In this document: positions 1 through 14,729 of the stretch, piece after piece | Layout: every line of letters starts with the position of its first letter | Position numbering within the stretch: position 1 is the stretch's first letter | Assembly: GCA_951406725.2 (NCBI GenBank) | Contig: OX597832.1 | Location: 28,582,001-28,646,000, forward strand | DNA length: 64,000 nucleotides | Direction: 5' to 3' | Origin: Octopus vulgaris | Taxonomy: Eukaryota | Program-made: the position numbers and the translations under genes | The notes under the pieces: model-generated | What the model was told of the DNA's origin: nothing | What the model saw: only the letters and a program-made list of their open reading frames with translations | Database searches by the model: none

Positions 1-544
1 ATATGTATTCCTGTGTATGACTAAACTGCATTTGGCAATGGGATTCTGGTTGGGAGCTCCAGGGTCTTGAGGAGTTTGGAACCGTCTCAAGGCCAATATT
101 GTTCCCAGGTCTGCTCTGACCCGGAGAATTGGCACCTTTCAGGATACCAGCTACGGTTCGAACAGCATACGTGATGGCAACCCATTTGGACACAGGAATA
201 CAGAAATACCTTTCTTTGATGTCAGGACGCGCAGCAAGATCACCGGGATTGGGGAACCCCTAGCTGTAATCATAGCACCCTTCTAGAAGAGGAACACGCT
301 AATACAAAACCTGTAGGTTCACGTGATCACCGGTCATCTCCCTTCAGTCTGTCACTAGTTACAAATCACTAAGACACAGAGAGTGGCACTCGTGATGTAC
401 AAGATCTTTCCTCCTCCATGAAACAAAGCTGTTCCCGCTGGACGTCAACTCAGTATTTCCAAGCTACGAATCGAGTGATTTATTGTAAGGTTATCTCCCT
501 AGATAGATTGCCTTCACTACGGCTAAGGAGCCCTTTCTACCCCA

Positions 545-935
545 CTGACACAAAGAAGCTTGAGAGGCGGTGGGATGGAACTTACACTCGCCTCCTTATG
601 AGAGCTCAAAATCTCTCGTGGAAGCGTCATCCAACCAAAGTACAAATATATGGGAAACTACCACCTGTATCATCTCTTGTGAAAGGTAGAAGAGTCCAGT
701 TTGCTGGACATTGTTGTAGAGCTGAAAACGAGGTAATTTCTACTCTTCACCTCTGGAAGCCATCTGCTCGCGATACCAGAGGGCGCACACTCTCCTACCC
801 TAATGTAATCTCCAGGGATACAGGCATCCAGCAACGGGACCTACGTAATGCTATGATGGACCGTGAAGTCTGGCGTAACATAGTAAATTCCATTGTCTCG
901 ACCACCACGGTCGAACAATGAAAATGATGAAGATG
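545..935 (+). mobile_element. 3' end of an RTE-clade non-LTR retrotransposon (C-terminal ORF fragment plus TGA-type tail)
   Basis: Translation DGTYTRLLMRAQNLSWKRHPT...RRVQFAGHCCRA...LHLWKP...MMDREVWR is typical of RTE/RTEX ORF C-termini; stop at 921 followed by a degenerate TGA/ATG tail. Confidence 0.8.
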
Positions 936-1539
936 TACGAGTGTTTATCGCCATAATCCGATGACGTACAGATGTCTCTTAATGGTGACTTCATTTGTCA
1001 TTCCATTTTTACCGAAACCCCGGTGGCGACGGAAGAGCCGTAGAGCGTGCAGACGTAACCAGTTGGAAGCGGACAGTAAGATACAACTTTTGTCTGTCGC
1101 CTTTGCTTCAAAATATGCAGATTTGCAATGGGACTGAATTGTCATCCGAGCGGTCATGCGTGGAAGGTCAGAAATGCCATTGCCAACGAGGAAGCACAAG
1201 GAGGCGTTTATGTATGTATGTATGTATGTATGTATGTATGTATGTATGTATGTATGCATGCATGTATGTATGTACGTATTATGTATGTATGTATGTATGT
1301 ATGTATGTATGTATGTACGTATGTATGTATATATGTATGTATGTATGTATGTATGTAATGTATGTATGTATGAATGTATGTATGAAATGTGTGTATGTAA
1401 TGTATATATGTGTGTATGTATGTAATGTATGTATGTAATGTATGCTAATGTTTGTATGCCTATTTGTATGTATGTATGTACGCATGTGTGTGTATGTGTA
1501 TAATGATTGTTATGTAAATAGAGAACACTTAAAGAATGC

Positions 1540-1597
<58 letters not shown>

Positions 1598-1935
1598 GAG
1601 AGGATCATAGAAACGTAGAAGGAGAGGGAGGACAATAGTTACGGGGGCGGGGTGGGATATGCAAATGAGTCATTATTTTTTTTCTTATTTTGCTTAAGTT
1701 AAAGGTAATAAATATATTTTCTTTCGAAAATTAATATTCATTTCGCCATTTTTTTTATAAGCACCAAGAAATTTGACAAAGATTAAACTATAATTATTAT
1801 CTGCACGCCATATTATTTTCTGATATTAACCCTGGTGGCAGAAATATATTTCCAAAGTCACTCCTCGTATCGTATGCTACTCGTTTAAGAACGCTGTTAG
1901 TAACTTCCTATTTTTTCTAATCTCTTCTATTCATA

Positions 1936-2364
1936 TACTCTTTTACTCTTTTTACTCTTATACTCTTTTACTTGTTTCAGTCATTTGACTGCGGCCATGC
2001 TGGAGCACCGCCTTTTAGTCGAGCAAATCGACCCCGGGACTTATTCTTTGTAAGCCCAGTACTTATTCTATCGGTCTCTTTTGCCGAACCGCTAAGTGAC
2101 GGCGACGTAAACACACCAGCATCGGTTGTCAAGCAATGTTAGGGGGACAAACACAGACACACAAACATACACACACACATACATATACATATACATATAT
2201 ACGACGGGCTTCTTTCAGTTTCCGTCTACCAAATCCACTCACAAGGCTTTGGTCGGCCCGAGGCTATAGTAGAAGACACTTGCCCAAGATGCCACGCAGT
2301 GGGATTGAACCCGGAGCCATGTGGTTGGTAAGCAAGCTACTTACCATACAGCCACTCCTGCGCC
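1936..2364 (-). mobile_element. tRNA-derived SINE, family B (head GGCGCAGGAGTGGCTGTGTGGTAAG, internal microsatellite, AAAAGAGT tail)
   Basis: Full-length; A/B-box-like head; about 10 similar copies in the window. Confidence 0.9.
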
Positions 2365-2524
2365 TATAATTCAATTTATGATGAAATTGTTGTGTACACC
2401 CCGCATGACGAATGTATTTATGCCGGTTATTGAGTTCGGTTTTTAATCTTAGACTAATTCTTCTCTAATACTCTTTCTTAAATTTCTTCTTCATTTCTCT
2501 GTGTTGTATCTCATCAGTTCCATC

Positions 2525-2912
2525 TAGCTGGGACGGTGACAGCGAGATCCTCGGGCCGTAGGTTTGAAGTCGGAGTTACCCTCTCCTAGGAGGGTTGCCA
2601 ACCATGGCTGACGAGCCCTTCCTTCCCGTGCCATCCAAACGATGGCGAAAGAGACACACACACACACACAAAACACTCCACACACACAAACACACAAAAC
2701 ACTCCACACACACGTTGTTGGATGGCCGTTGACTACGCTGTTGCACTTCTTCCACCCTTCGACAGGTCATTTTTTTTGTCCTGCGGGGTGTCCAACAAAC
2801 ACCCGCCTCACCAAGCAAGCCTGGTGGGGTTGCCAGTTTAGTCGCCGACGACCCGACCATGTAACAGGTTGTACTGGACTACATGGTACCAGTAGCACTC
2901 AAGTGACCTGTC
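2525..2912 (-). mobile_element. RTE-type LINE 5' UTR fragment with a structured 5' domain
   Basis: Minus-strand GGCTCGTCAGCCATGGTTGGCAACCCTCCTAGGAGAGGGTAACTCCGACTTCAAACC resembles a motif I recognise from RTE 5' UTRs; a related motif lies at 488-535 (minus). Confidence 0.5.
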
Positions 2913-3135
2913 AATAAGTTCCATCTAATCTCCAGTATTTCTATGCTTGGTTCTGGTCCAATTTTCTGGTTCCACTCTTTTCAGTTTCTTATTTAATATG
3001 TCTTCTTGCAACCTCTTTGGCTCATTTCTCTAATTCCAAACTCTTTGTATCTCGACCGAAATCATGAACAATTCTTAATAACTTTTCCATTCCATTTTTG
3101 TCTCTTGCTAATATTTTGAAGTCTTAAAAGGCGAG

Positions 3136-4240
3136 CTGGAGTTCAAATTCCTTCGAGGTCGACGTTGACTTTTATCGTTTCAGGGTCGATAATGCCAAAA
3201 TTCGAAATGACTGTTTTGAAGTCTTAAGGCTGCGCGCTGTCAGAATTATTGGTGCGCCGGGCAAAATACTTTGTGGCACTTAGTTCGTCTTGACGCTCCA
3301 AGGTCGATAAAATAATCAGTACCCGTTGATCTCTGGGGTCGATGTAATAGACTTCTCCACCCCCACCCGAAATTGCTGGGTATATACCAAGATTCGAAAC
3401 CAATATTTTGGAAGTCCACCAGAGAGAGGAGGTGGTTTATAATTTGTCCCTGTTATAATTTGTAACATTTTCACCATTTGGTAGTGTTCCAGTCAACAGA
3501 TTTGTCAATGGAATTTAGAGTTAGATAAAAGAACAGACATTAATTGTCTCATTTAAGGCGTGGGGAGCTGGCGGAAACGTTAGCACGCCGGGCGAAATGC
3601 TTAGCGGTATTTCGTCTACCGTTACGTTCTGAGTTCAAATTCTGCCGATGTCAACTTTACCTTTTATCCCCTTCAAGGTCGATAAAATAAGTACTAGTTG
3701 ATCACTGGGACCGATGTAATCGACTTGTCTCCTCTCTTGAACTTGCCGGCCTGGTGTCAAAATTTGAAGTCATTATTACATGAAGAAAGGCGGTGAGCTA
3801 GACAAAATGCTTAGAGGCACTTGTTTTTTTACATTCTGGGGTCAGTAGCAAGATCTGCTAGAGTAATTCGAGGTACTCCATACGATACCCGAGGGTTATA
3901 TGGATGTGGTCCAAGTTCTGCCGAGGTCAACTTTGGGTTAAAATAAGTACCTCTTGCGTATCGGGGTTAATGTAAACGACTTGCCTCCCTAACCCCTTAA
4001 AACTGCTAGCCTTGTGTCAAAATATGAAAACACTATCACAACACGAAGAAGGCAGAATCAGTAGAGCATCTGGAATTGAGCAAAGCATTACGAGTTCAAA
4101 TCTTGGCATAGTCAGTTTTGGTTTTCATCTTTTCGGTGGTCGATAAAATAAAGTACCAGTCAAGTACTGGGGTTGATGTACTCGACTGACTCCCTTTCCC
4201 TCAAAACCTTGTCTTGCACCTAAATTAGAATCCATTATTA
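3136..4240 (+). mobile_element. Pile-up of about five degenerate SINE family A copies
   Basis: Recurrent GGCGAGCTGG / GAGTTCAAATTC / GTCGATAAAATAAGTAC motifs at about 3130, 3230, 3560, 3790 and 4050, all on the plus strand. Confidence 0.75.
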
Positions 4241-4292
4241 GAGGATGGTGAGCGGGTTTCCTTTCAGTGAGGCGAGAATAGGTATCCTTTAA

Positions 4293-4526
4293 GGTGGCGA
4301 GCTGGCAGAAACGTTAGCACGCCCGGCGAAATGCCTAGCGGTATTTCGTCTGCCGTTACATTCTGAGTTCAAGTTCCGCCGAGGTCGACTTTGCCTTTCG
4401 TCCTTTCGGGGTCGATAAATTCAGTACCAGTTACGCACTGGGGTCGATGTAATCGACTTAATCCCTTTGTCTGTCCTTGTTTGTCCCCCTCTGTGTTTAG
4501 CCCCTTGTGGGCAATAAAGAAATAAG
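4293..4526 (+). mobile_element. SINE family A (head GGCGGCGAGCTGGCAGAAACGTTAGCAC; Deu/Nin-domain-like core) with TSD
   Basis: Full-length; flanked by GAATAGGTATCCTTTAA / GAACGGGTATCCTTTAA. Confidence 0.9.
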
Positions 4527-4945
4527 AACGGGTATCCTTTAATGAGGTACACGCCGACTACGGCAAACGGGCAAAATGAAGCTTTGTCAGGGTACGCTTG
4601 CTTTTGATACATCCATATAACCCTCGGGTATAGTATGGAGTACTCCGAATTACTCTACGAGATTTTCTTATTCTATTTGGTGTGATGTGTGCGTGTGGGG
4701 TGAGGTGGGGTGGAGGGGTTCTGGTTCATATTTTATTCTTCTTTATTGTTTTTATTGATTTTTACCAGATTTTTACTCGCTCCACCCCCACTAGCCTACA
4801 TTACCTCTTTGTACTGTCCCCAATAAGAGAAATGATCATCATCATCACCATCATCATCACCACTTCTACTACAACCGCCTCCACCACTACCATCACCACC
4901 ACCACCACCACCACCACCACCAAAACCACCACCACCACCACCACC

Positions 4946-4979
<34 letters not shown>

Positions 4980-5325
4980 TAATTATTATAATAATTATTA
5001 TTATCGTCGTTATTATTATTATTTTTGACATTTCATGGTTGCGTGAGAAAATACCCATCACCGGTCTCCATCAATATGCAAGTTCAATGTATTTTCCCGA
5101 AAGTAAAACAAAAAAAAGAAAAAAACCCCAAAAAGATCAGCAGATTTATTGCCCCAATAAACATTCTCCCGTCAGAGAATATGGTGTGTGGAACATGTGA
5201 GCATGTTATGTGTGTGTGTCTGTCTATCTACAAGATTACAAGTTTAATCACCATATATATGTATATATGTAGATATATATATATGTATATATATATGTGT
5301 ATATATATATGTATATATCTATCTA

Positions 5326-5398
<73 letters not shown>

Positions 5399-5425
5399 AT
5401 ATATATATACATACATACACACATT

Positions 5426-5459
<34 letters not shown>

Positions 5460-5552
5460 CACGTTCATACATATATTATGTATATATATATATACCTGCA
5501 TATATATATACATAGATATATATATATGCATATATACATATATATATATATG

Positions 5553-5630
<78 letters not shown>

Positions 5631-5662
5631 ATATGTATGTATTTATATATATATATACATGC

Positions 5663-5713
<51 letters not shown>

Positions 5714-5716
<3 letters not shown>

Positions 5717-5919
5717 AATCCAAACGTAAAAACACCAAGAGAAAACACAACAACGCGAGGACATGGAACAAGTATAGTGTTATTAGACGTTCAGGGAGTA
5801 AAGAAAGCAGGAGGGTTTAACGTTTCGAGCGGAGCTCTTCGTCAGAAACATAGAAAAAGGAAAGATCCAGAGAAGGGAAGACAGAGGAAAAAAAATCGCC
5901 AACGATACACACGCGGTCA

Positions 5920-5921
<2 letters not shown>
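5714..5921 (-). mobile_element. ~210-bp Penelope-like/retrozyme-type repeat containing a minimal hammerhead ribozyme (5815-5849)
   Basis: Minus strand GTTT-CTGACGA-A-GAGC tcc GCTC-GAAA-CGTT-AAAC; second copy at 32425-32634; abuts a long (TA)n tract. Confidence 0.75.
5815..5849 (-). ncRNA. Minimal type-I hammerhead ribozyme motif
   Basis: Core CUGANGA and GAAA intact, 4-bp stem I (GUUU/AAAC), 4-bp stem II, palindromic AACGUU in place of stem III, GUU cleavage triplet. Confidence 0.7.
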
Positions 5922-5979
<58 letters not shown>

Positions 5980-5992
5980 CCCAGTTACAAGG

Positions 5993-6195
5993 GGCGGCGA
6001 GGTGGCAGAAACGTTAGCATGCAGGACGAAATGCTTAGCTGTATTTCGTCTGTCTTAACGTTCTGAGTTCAGATTCCGCCGAGGTCGACTTTGCCTTTCA
6101 TCCTTTCGGGATCGATAAATTAAGTACCAGTTGCGTAATCGACTGCCCATTCTCCTCCAAAATTTCGAGCCTTGTGCTTAGGGCAGAGAAGAATA
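5993..6195 (+). mobile_element. SINE family A
   Basis: Head, core GCCTTTCATCCTTTCGGG.TCGATAAATTAAGTACCAG and an alternative tail. Confidence 0.85.
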
Positions 6196-7130
6196 TTTTA
6201 AAATTTGTCTGATCTGGAGGGAGGTTGCCGGTGAATATTACGATGATGGCGGTGATGATGATGATGATGATATGACGTCAACGACGACGACGATGATGAT
6301 GATGATGATGATGATGGCGACAACGACGACGATGATGATGATGACGACAACTATGATGAATATGATGCTGGTGATGAGGTGGTGATGGTTGTGGTGGTGA
6401 CAGTGATGATGTCGATGGAGATGCAGATGGTGATGGTGGTGGGGGCTGATGGTGTTGATGATATTGACGAAGGTGTTAGTAGAGGTGGTGTTGAAGGTGG
6501 TGGTTGTGGTGGTGGTGGTGGTGATGTCGGTCGTAGTAGTAGTGGAGGTAGCGACGGTGGAGGTGGTGCCATTGAACTTACCACTTCCCTTCTCGACTTT
6601 TCCATGGGAAATTCAGGAGGCGGAAGTAATATCTCGGGAAATGTGGTGTGTGAGGGAGAGGGGAAGAGCGAAAGTATGTCTATCTGTCTGTGTGTCTGCC
6701 GGGTAGCGAGGGTGGGGTGGGTCAGCCACCCTTTTAGAACTTTCACAAGTGGAAAGTAACCGCGACAATAAGCAGCAAAATCCACCCTGAATTAATATCC
6801 TGCCTTTCTCAAGAAGAAGAAAGGAATGCGACGCCGGGTAAAGGCAATTGTAGATATACAATTTATTGGATGGCCACAGTTGGGACGGCGTTGATTACAG
6901 TTGACCTAGGGATAAATAATATTGGCAACAGACTAGTTGGTGCCAATAAAGAAATATTTGAAACACTGTTGCTTTTGTTGTTGTTGTTGTTATTGCTGTT
7001 GTTGTTATTGCTGTTGTTGTTATTGCTGTTGTTGTTTATTCTCTGGTCCAGGGGTGGACTGAGCCGTCGGTCAATCGGGCACTGCCCAAGGGAGTGGAGC
7101 TCTGAAGAGCCAGCACTCTACGGTCTTCGG

Positions 7131-7490
7131 TTTCAGTCATTTGACTGCGGCCATGCTAGAGCGCCGCCTTTAGTCGAACAAATCGACCCCAGGACTTATT
7201 CTATCGATATCTTTCGCCGAACTGCTAAGTTACGGGGGCGTAAACACACCAGCATCGGTTGTCAAGCGATGTTGGGTGGGGGTGGGGTGACAAACACAGA
7301 CACACAAACACACACACACACAAAAACATACATGTTTGGGCTTCTTTCCGTTTCCGTCTACCAAATCCACTCACAAGGCTTTGGTCGGCCCGGGGCTATA
7401 GTAGAAAACACTTGCCCAAGGTGCCATGCAGTGGGACTGAACCTGGTACCTTGTGGTTGGTAAGCAAGCTACTTGCCACACAGCCACTCC
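7131..7490 (-). mobile_element. SINE family B
   Basis: Colinear with 1936-2364. Confidence 0.88.
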
Positions 7491-7695
7491 TCTCAATGCT
7501 AAGGGGCTCGGTAAACAGTTATGCCCGAGGGCCCTTAATACTCTCAGTTCGCCTCTGCCCGGTCACTTCATGCTCAGGCAAATTTATGATGGAAGGCACT
7601 CCCACCATGGCCATCTCACCTTTTCCTGTGTACATAGAGCTCAGGACTACACTCTCTTATGTGATTTTTACCTAAGATGGTAAACTGTAATTAGT

Positions 7696-8018
7696 GAAGG
7701 CGCGTGGCTTAATGGTTAGGGTGTTCGGCTCACAATCGTAGGGTCATGAGTTCAATTCCAGGCGATGCGTTGTGTCCTTGGATCAGACTCTTTATTTCAC
7801 GTTGCTCCAGTCCTATCAGCTGGCAAAAATGAGTAGTACCTGTATTTCAAAGGGGCCGGCCTCATCATATTCTGAGCCACGCAGAATCTGCCTGAGAACT
7901 ACGATAAGGGTTTTGCGTGTCAGAGGAATACTCGGCCACTTGCACGTTATTTCACGAAGAGGCTCTTCCATTGATCGGATCAACTGGTACTCTTATCTTC
8001 GCAACCGACGGAGTACCA
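7696..8018 (+). mobile_element. tRNA-derived SINE family C (head GAAGGCGCGTGGCTTA.TGGTTAGG; tail ending ACCGACGGAGT.CCA)
   Basis: A/B-box head; second copy at 9307-9563. Confidence 0.85.
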
Positions 8019-8835
8019 GTTAGTTAGTTACACTGTGACTCGTGTGTGATTTGGCTGCTATTTCTTCCAGGTCGAGCGACCATGTAGCGGTTCCTTCGTT
8101 GGTTCATGTTATTTCTTTGTGTAAAGAGAGCAATTGGTTGCTGTTTGTATCAAGTGGTCTCCTTCGTCGGTGAGAAGAGGAGGAGGCGGGGGACGGGGGA
8201 GTTGTGGAGGAACAAAAGAAAAAAAACAAAAAAAACAGAAGGAGGCTAAAATAAATATATATAAAAGAAAAAAAACTTTAAAAAAATGTATGAAAGAAAT
8301 TAGTGCAAAATTTGTATTAGCTTAATGAAAAGTTGAATGGTGACCTGACAGGTAAATGATGTCGGTTATAGCAGTGATCGGGAGGTTTACAGGTAAACAG
8401 AATAGCAACATAACTCCACATTTCACACCTGTGTGTGTGCATGTGTGTGGTGTGTGTGTGTGTGTTATATATGTGTATATGTATGTATGGAATGTACGTA
8501 TCTCTCCCTCCTTCTCTGTCTCTCTCTCACCCTCTTATATTTATATCATCTTCATTCAACACTCGTTTTCCATGCTGGCATGGGTTGGACGGTTTGACAG
8601 GATTTGGCTCAAATTCTCTGTTTTAACAAGGTTTCTATGGTTGGATGCTCTTTCTTTACAGAGTGTACCGGGTGCTTTTTACACGGCGCGAGCGCGGGTA
8701 CTTTTAACGTTGCACCCGTGCCGGTGCTACGTAAAGACAGCCTGATTCGGCCCCAGGCAACTTAAAGTTTCATCGGCCTCTGTCAGGTTCACGCTCAGAT
8801 TACTGAACGGCTATTCTGAGTCTGAACGAGCTAGA

Positions 8836-8975
8836 TAGCAGCTTGCTTACCAGCCACATGGTTCCGAGTTCAGTCCCACTGCGTGGCACCTTGGGCAATT
8901 GTCTTCTACTATAGCCCCAGGCCGACCAAAGCCTTGTGAGTGGATTTGGTAGACCGAAACTGAAAGAAGCTCGTC

Positions 8976-8976
<1 letters not shown>
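8836..8976 (+). mobile_element. SINE family B, 5' half ending at the internal TA tract
   Basis: Matches the head through GAAAGAAGCTCGTCG. Confidence 0.85.
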
Positions 8977-9032
<56 letters not shown>

Positions 9033-9306
9033 TGCAGTTTCGTGTAACTTCGCGTGTTCTCATCCAAAATGGAGACGAGTACGAACCGATTTGATAATTG
9101 ATAATGAGACCGATTTGATAATTGCTAAGTAATCCCTCCCTGCATGAAACCATTGATAGCCTTGTTATAAACATACAAATAAAGAATATTTATCCACCAA
9201 TGTAGGACTGAGCACTCATTCTCACTGGTCGATGTTAGCGTGTGTATAATATATGTGTGTGTCTGTGTGTCTGTGTATATATATACATACACATATATGT
9301 GTGTGT

Positions 9307-9563
9307 GAAGGCGCGTGGCTTAGTGGTTAGGGCATTCGACTGACGATTGTAAGGTCGTGAGTTCTTGTCTTGTACTACTCAGCTGGCAAAATTCAAAGGC
9401 CAGCCTTGTCACACTCTGTGTGACGCTGAATCTCCCCGAGAACTACGTTAAGGGTACACATGACTGTGGAGTGCTCAGCCACTTGCACGTTAATTTCACG
9501 AGCAGGCTGTTCCGTTGATTGGATCAGCTGGAACCCTCGTCATCGTTACCGACGGATTGCCAC
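9307..9563 (+). mobile_element. SINE family C (internal deletion)
   Basis: Same head and tail as the 7696 copy. Confidence 0.82.
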
Positions 9564-10055
9564 GTGATATATATACAAGGAAAGAAATAAGATTAAAAAC
9601 AGATTTGTTCTACAAGAATAAAAAATATACTTAGAACCGTAATAGCAAAAGTATTTTGCAATATTATACAAATAAGATTTTTTTCTTCATACACAATAAC
9701 CGGTTTCGCAGACGCTCTTTAAAGTTTGAGTGTTAAATGCAAATCGGAATGAGAAATTTTGTTTGCTAGGATATATATATATATATTGACACATAAACCT
9801 TAAAAAGTCAGGTGGTATCAGAGATGAATATATTCAATTAACCATTTGACATCCTTAGAGTCACGGCTGTTTCGCCGCCTCCTTCAAGTAGTAACAATTT
9901 GAGTGGAATAAATTGTGTTTACATGTCTGCTCTGATATGCATGCTTCACATCATACAATACAATTGTATATTCACAAACCAATGCAAACAAAAGAAGGCC
10001 AGCTCATCAGATCACCAGAATATCATGGTTACACCCACGATTCAACTATCTCTCT

Positions 10056-10137
<82 letters not shown>

Positions 10138-10367
10138 ATGTATGTATGTATTCTCATGCATATAGTTGCATATCTAGACATGAGCATATATATCTAAATG
10201 ATAAACATCTGCAAAGTTCTACAGATCTGTACAGTTCCATTGATGGGTTGGATGGATGTATGCATATGTATATGTACATATTATATATATATGCATACAG
10301 TCTCGTGTAACTTCGCGTGTTCTCATCCAAAATGAAGACGAGTACGGACGTTCCCATGAGACCGATT

Positions 10368-10431
<64 letters not shown>

Positions 10432-10456
10432 TAGCCCGAAATTCGCTTGGTTTTTA

Positions 10457-12855
<2,399 letters not shown>

Positions 12856-12870
12856 TCTGTTTGTGTGTGT

Positions 12871-12938
<68 letters not shown>

Positions 12939-13028
12939 TATATATATATACTCTGAATTCATATATTGCACTACAAATTATATATTATACTCCGTATTAT
13001 TATATATATATATACATACATACATACA

Positions 13029-13064
<36 letters not shown>

Positions 13065-13098
13065 TATATACATATATATATAAACATTCATTTATATG

Positions 13099-13203
<105 letters not shown>

Positions 13204-13975
13204 GTGATATCATATTTATGAAAGTATAAACTCATATTTTTATAATTACTAACTTTCAAACTTAAGTGTACACACGTACATGTGCCCAATATATATTTTC
13301 AGTGAATACATATATACTTTGTGTATATTCGATGTGATGCTATAAGAGACTGATTGTATACACGCTCGCGCGCGTGCGATTATTCAAACACATATATTGA
13401 GAGAGAAAGAGAGAGAGAGAAGAGGGAGGATGATACAGAAGAACGCAACCAGGACTGCATTTGGCTGTTGTTTAACCGGCAGAAGACGTCTCGAGGAAGT
13501 TTCTCATCTGATAATCTTTCCTTGAACATGTCGTGAATTTGCTGTATGGAGAATTACATTCTTTGACATGGCTTTCTTAACCAATTTTCTCCTCTCACTT
13601 CTTTACTGTCAGCATCGGATACCAAGCACAAAGCACGCTTCAAGCGCATGCACGCACGCACGCACGCACGCACGCACATACGCATACATACATACATACA
13701 TACATACATACATACATACATACATACACACATATCTATATACACACACATATACACACGTACAGAGTAAAGCAGTAAGATCCGGGGTGGTTCTGTGTAG
13801 GCAAAAGTAAAAGAAAATGATTCAACTATGGTATGTATGTATGTGTGTATGTGTGTGTGTATGTACGTATGTATGTACGTATGTATGTATGTACGTATGT
13901 ATGTATGTATGTATGTATGTATGTATGTGTGTATGTATGTATGTATATGTGTGCGTGTGTGTTTGTTTGCTTGTT

Positions 13976-14018
<43 letters not shown>

Positions 14019-14020
<2 letters not shown>

Positions 14021-14075
14021 CGAGTAAAAACAGAAGTTTAACGTTTCGGTGCTGAATACTTCTTCAGAAAGGAAG
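14019..14075 (-). ncRNA. Degenerate minimal hammerhead motif
   Basis: 14037-14070 minus: TTT-CTGAAGA-AGTATTCAGCACC-GAAA-CGTT-AAA; stem II imperfect; abuts (TG)n. Confidence 0.5.
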
Positions 14076-14223
14076 TAAATATCAATAGTTTTTGAAGGAT
14101 ATATACAATGGGATTAGTGAGGGAGAAGGGGAAAAGGTGATAAGAGAAAAGAGAAAGAAAGAGAGCGGGAGAGAGAGATTGTGAAAGAGAAAGGGGAAGA
14201 AAGAGAGAGGGAGAGAGCGAGAA

Positions 14224-14262
<39 letters not shown>

Positions 14263-14674
14263 TGAGAGAGAATTAACAGGTGTTAGCAGGGTGGGATAGA
14301 GCAGTGGCCAGAGAGGGAAGAAATTAAGGTGTTAGAGAGGAGGCAAGGACAGGCAGTCATAGAAAAGTTTCAACGGTACAGATTGCTGCACTGATGCTAC
14401 CATTCTTCATTCTTTCCTCTTCACCCCCGCCCAAGCTTCATCTGCATCTAATCGAGCGAGTCTCCTCACGCCGTATCTGCACTGACACCACGAACAGAGA
14501 GAACGATCTCGAATGGAATCAGGCTAATTTTGTCTCCACGTGGCCTTGTGCTCCAAACAATATAAAATAACGTACTCGGTACTCCACCCCTTGATATGCC
14601 TGAGACAGTTTATTATCAAGAACAACCATCAATATTGACAGCCACCGACATTAACTATCAGCCCTAAACGCATA

Positions 14675-14728
14675 AGCGCTTAGGTCGGTCGGTAGAGCAT
14701 CGCTCTTTTAATCTGGGGTTTATGGGTA
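14675..14728 (+). pseudogene. Degenerate tRNA-Lys(TTT)-like 5' portion, cut off by a SINE
   Basis: TAGGTCGGTCGGTAGAGCATCGCTCTTTTAATCTGGGGT resembles metazoan tRNA-Lys(TTT) TAGCTCAGTCGGTAGAGCATCAGACTTTTAATCTGAGGGT; a SINE starts at 14730. Confidence 0.55.
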
Positions 14729-14729
14729 G

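Noticed and set aside
950-1205. Cys-containing unique reading frame as a possible exon
   Set aside because: No recognisable homology; it runs into a microsatellite with no convincing donor site.
6351-6785. Gly/Pro-rich ORFs on both strands
   Set aside because: Built from degenerate GAT/GGT triplet repeats; no domain or convincing splice context.
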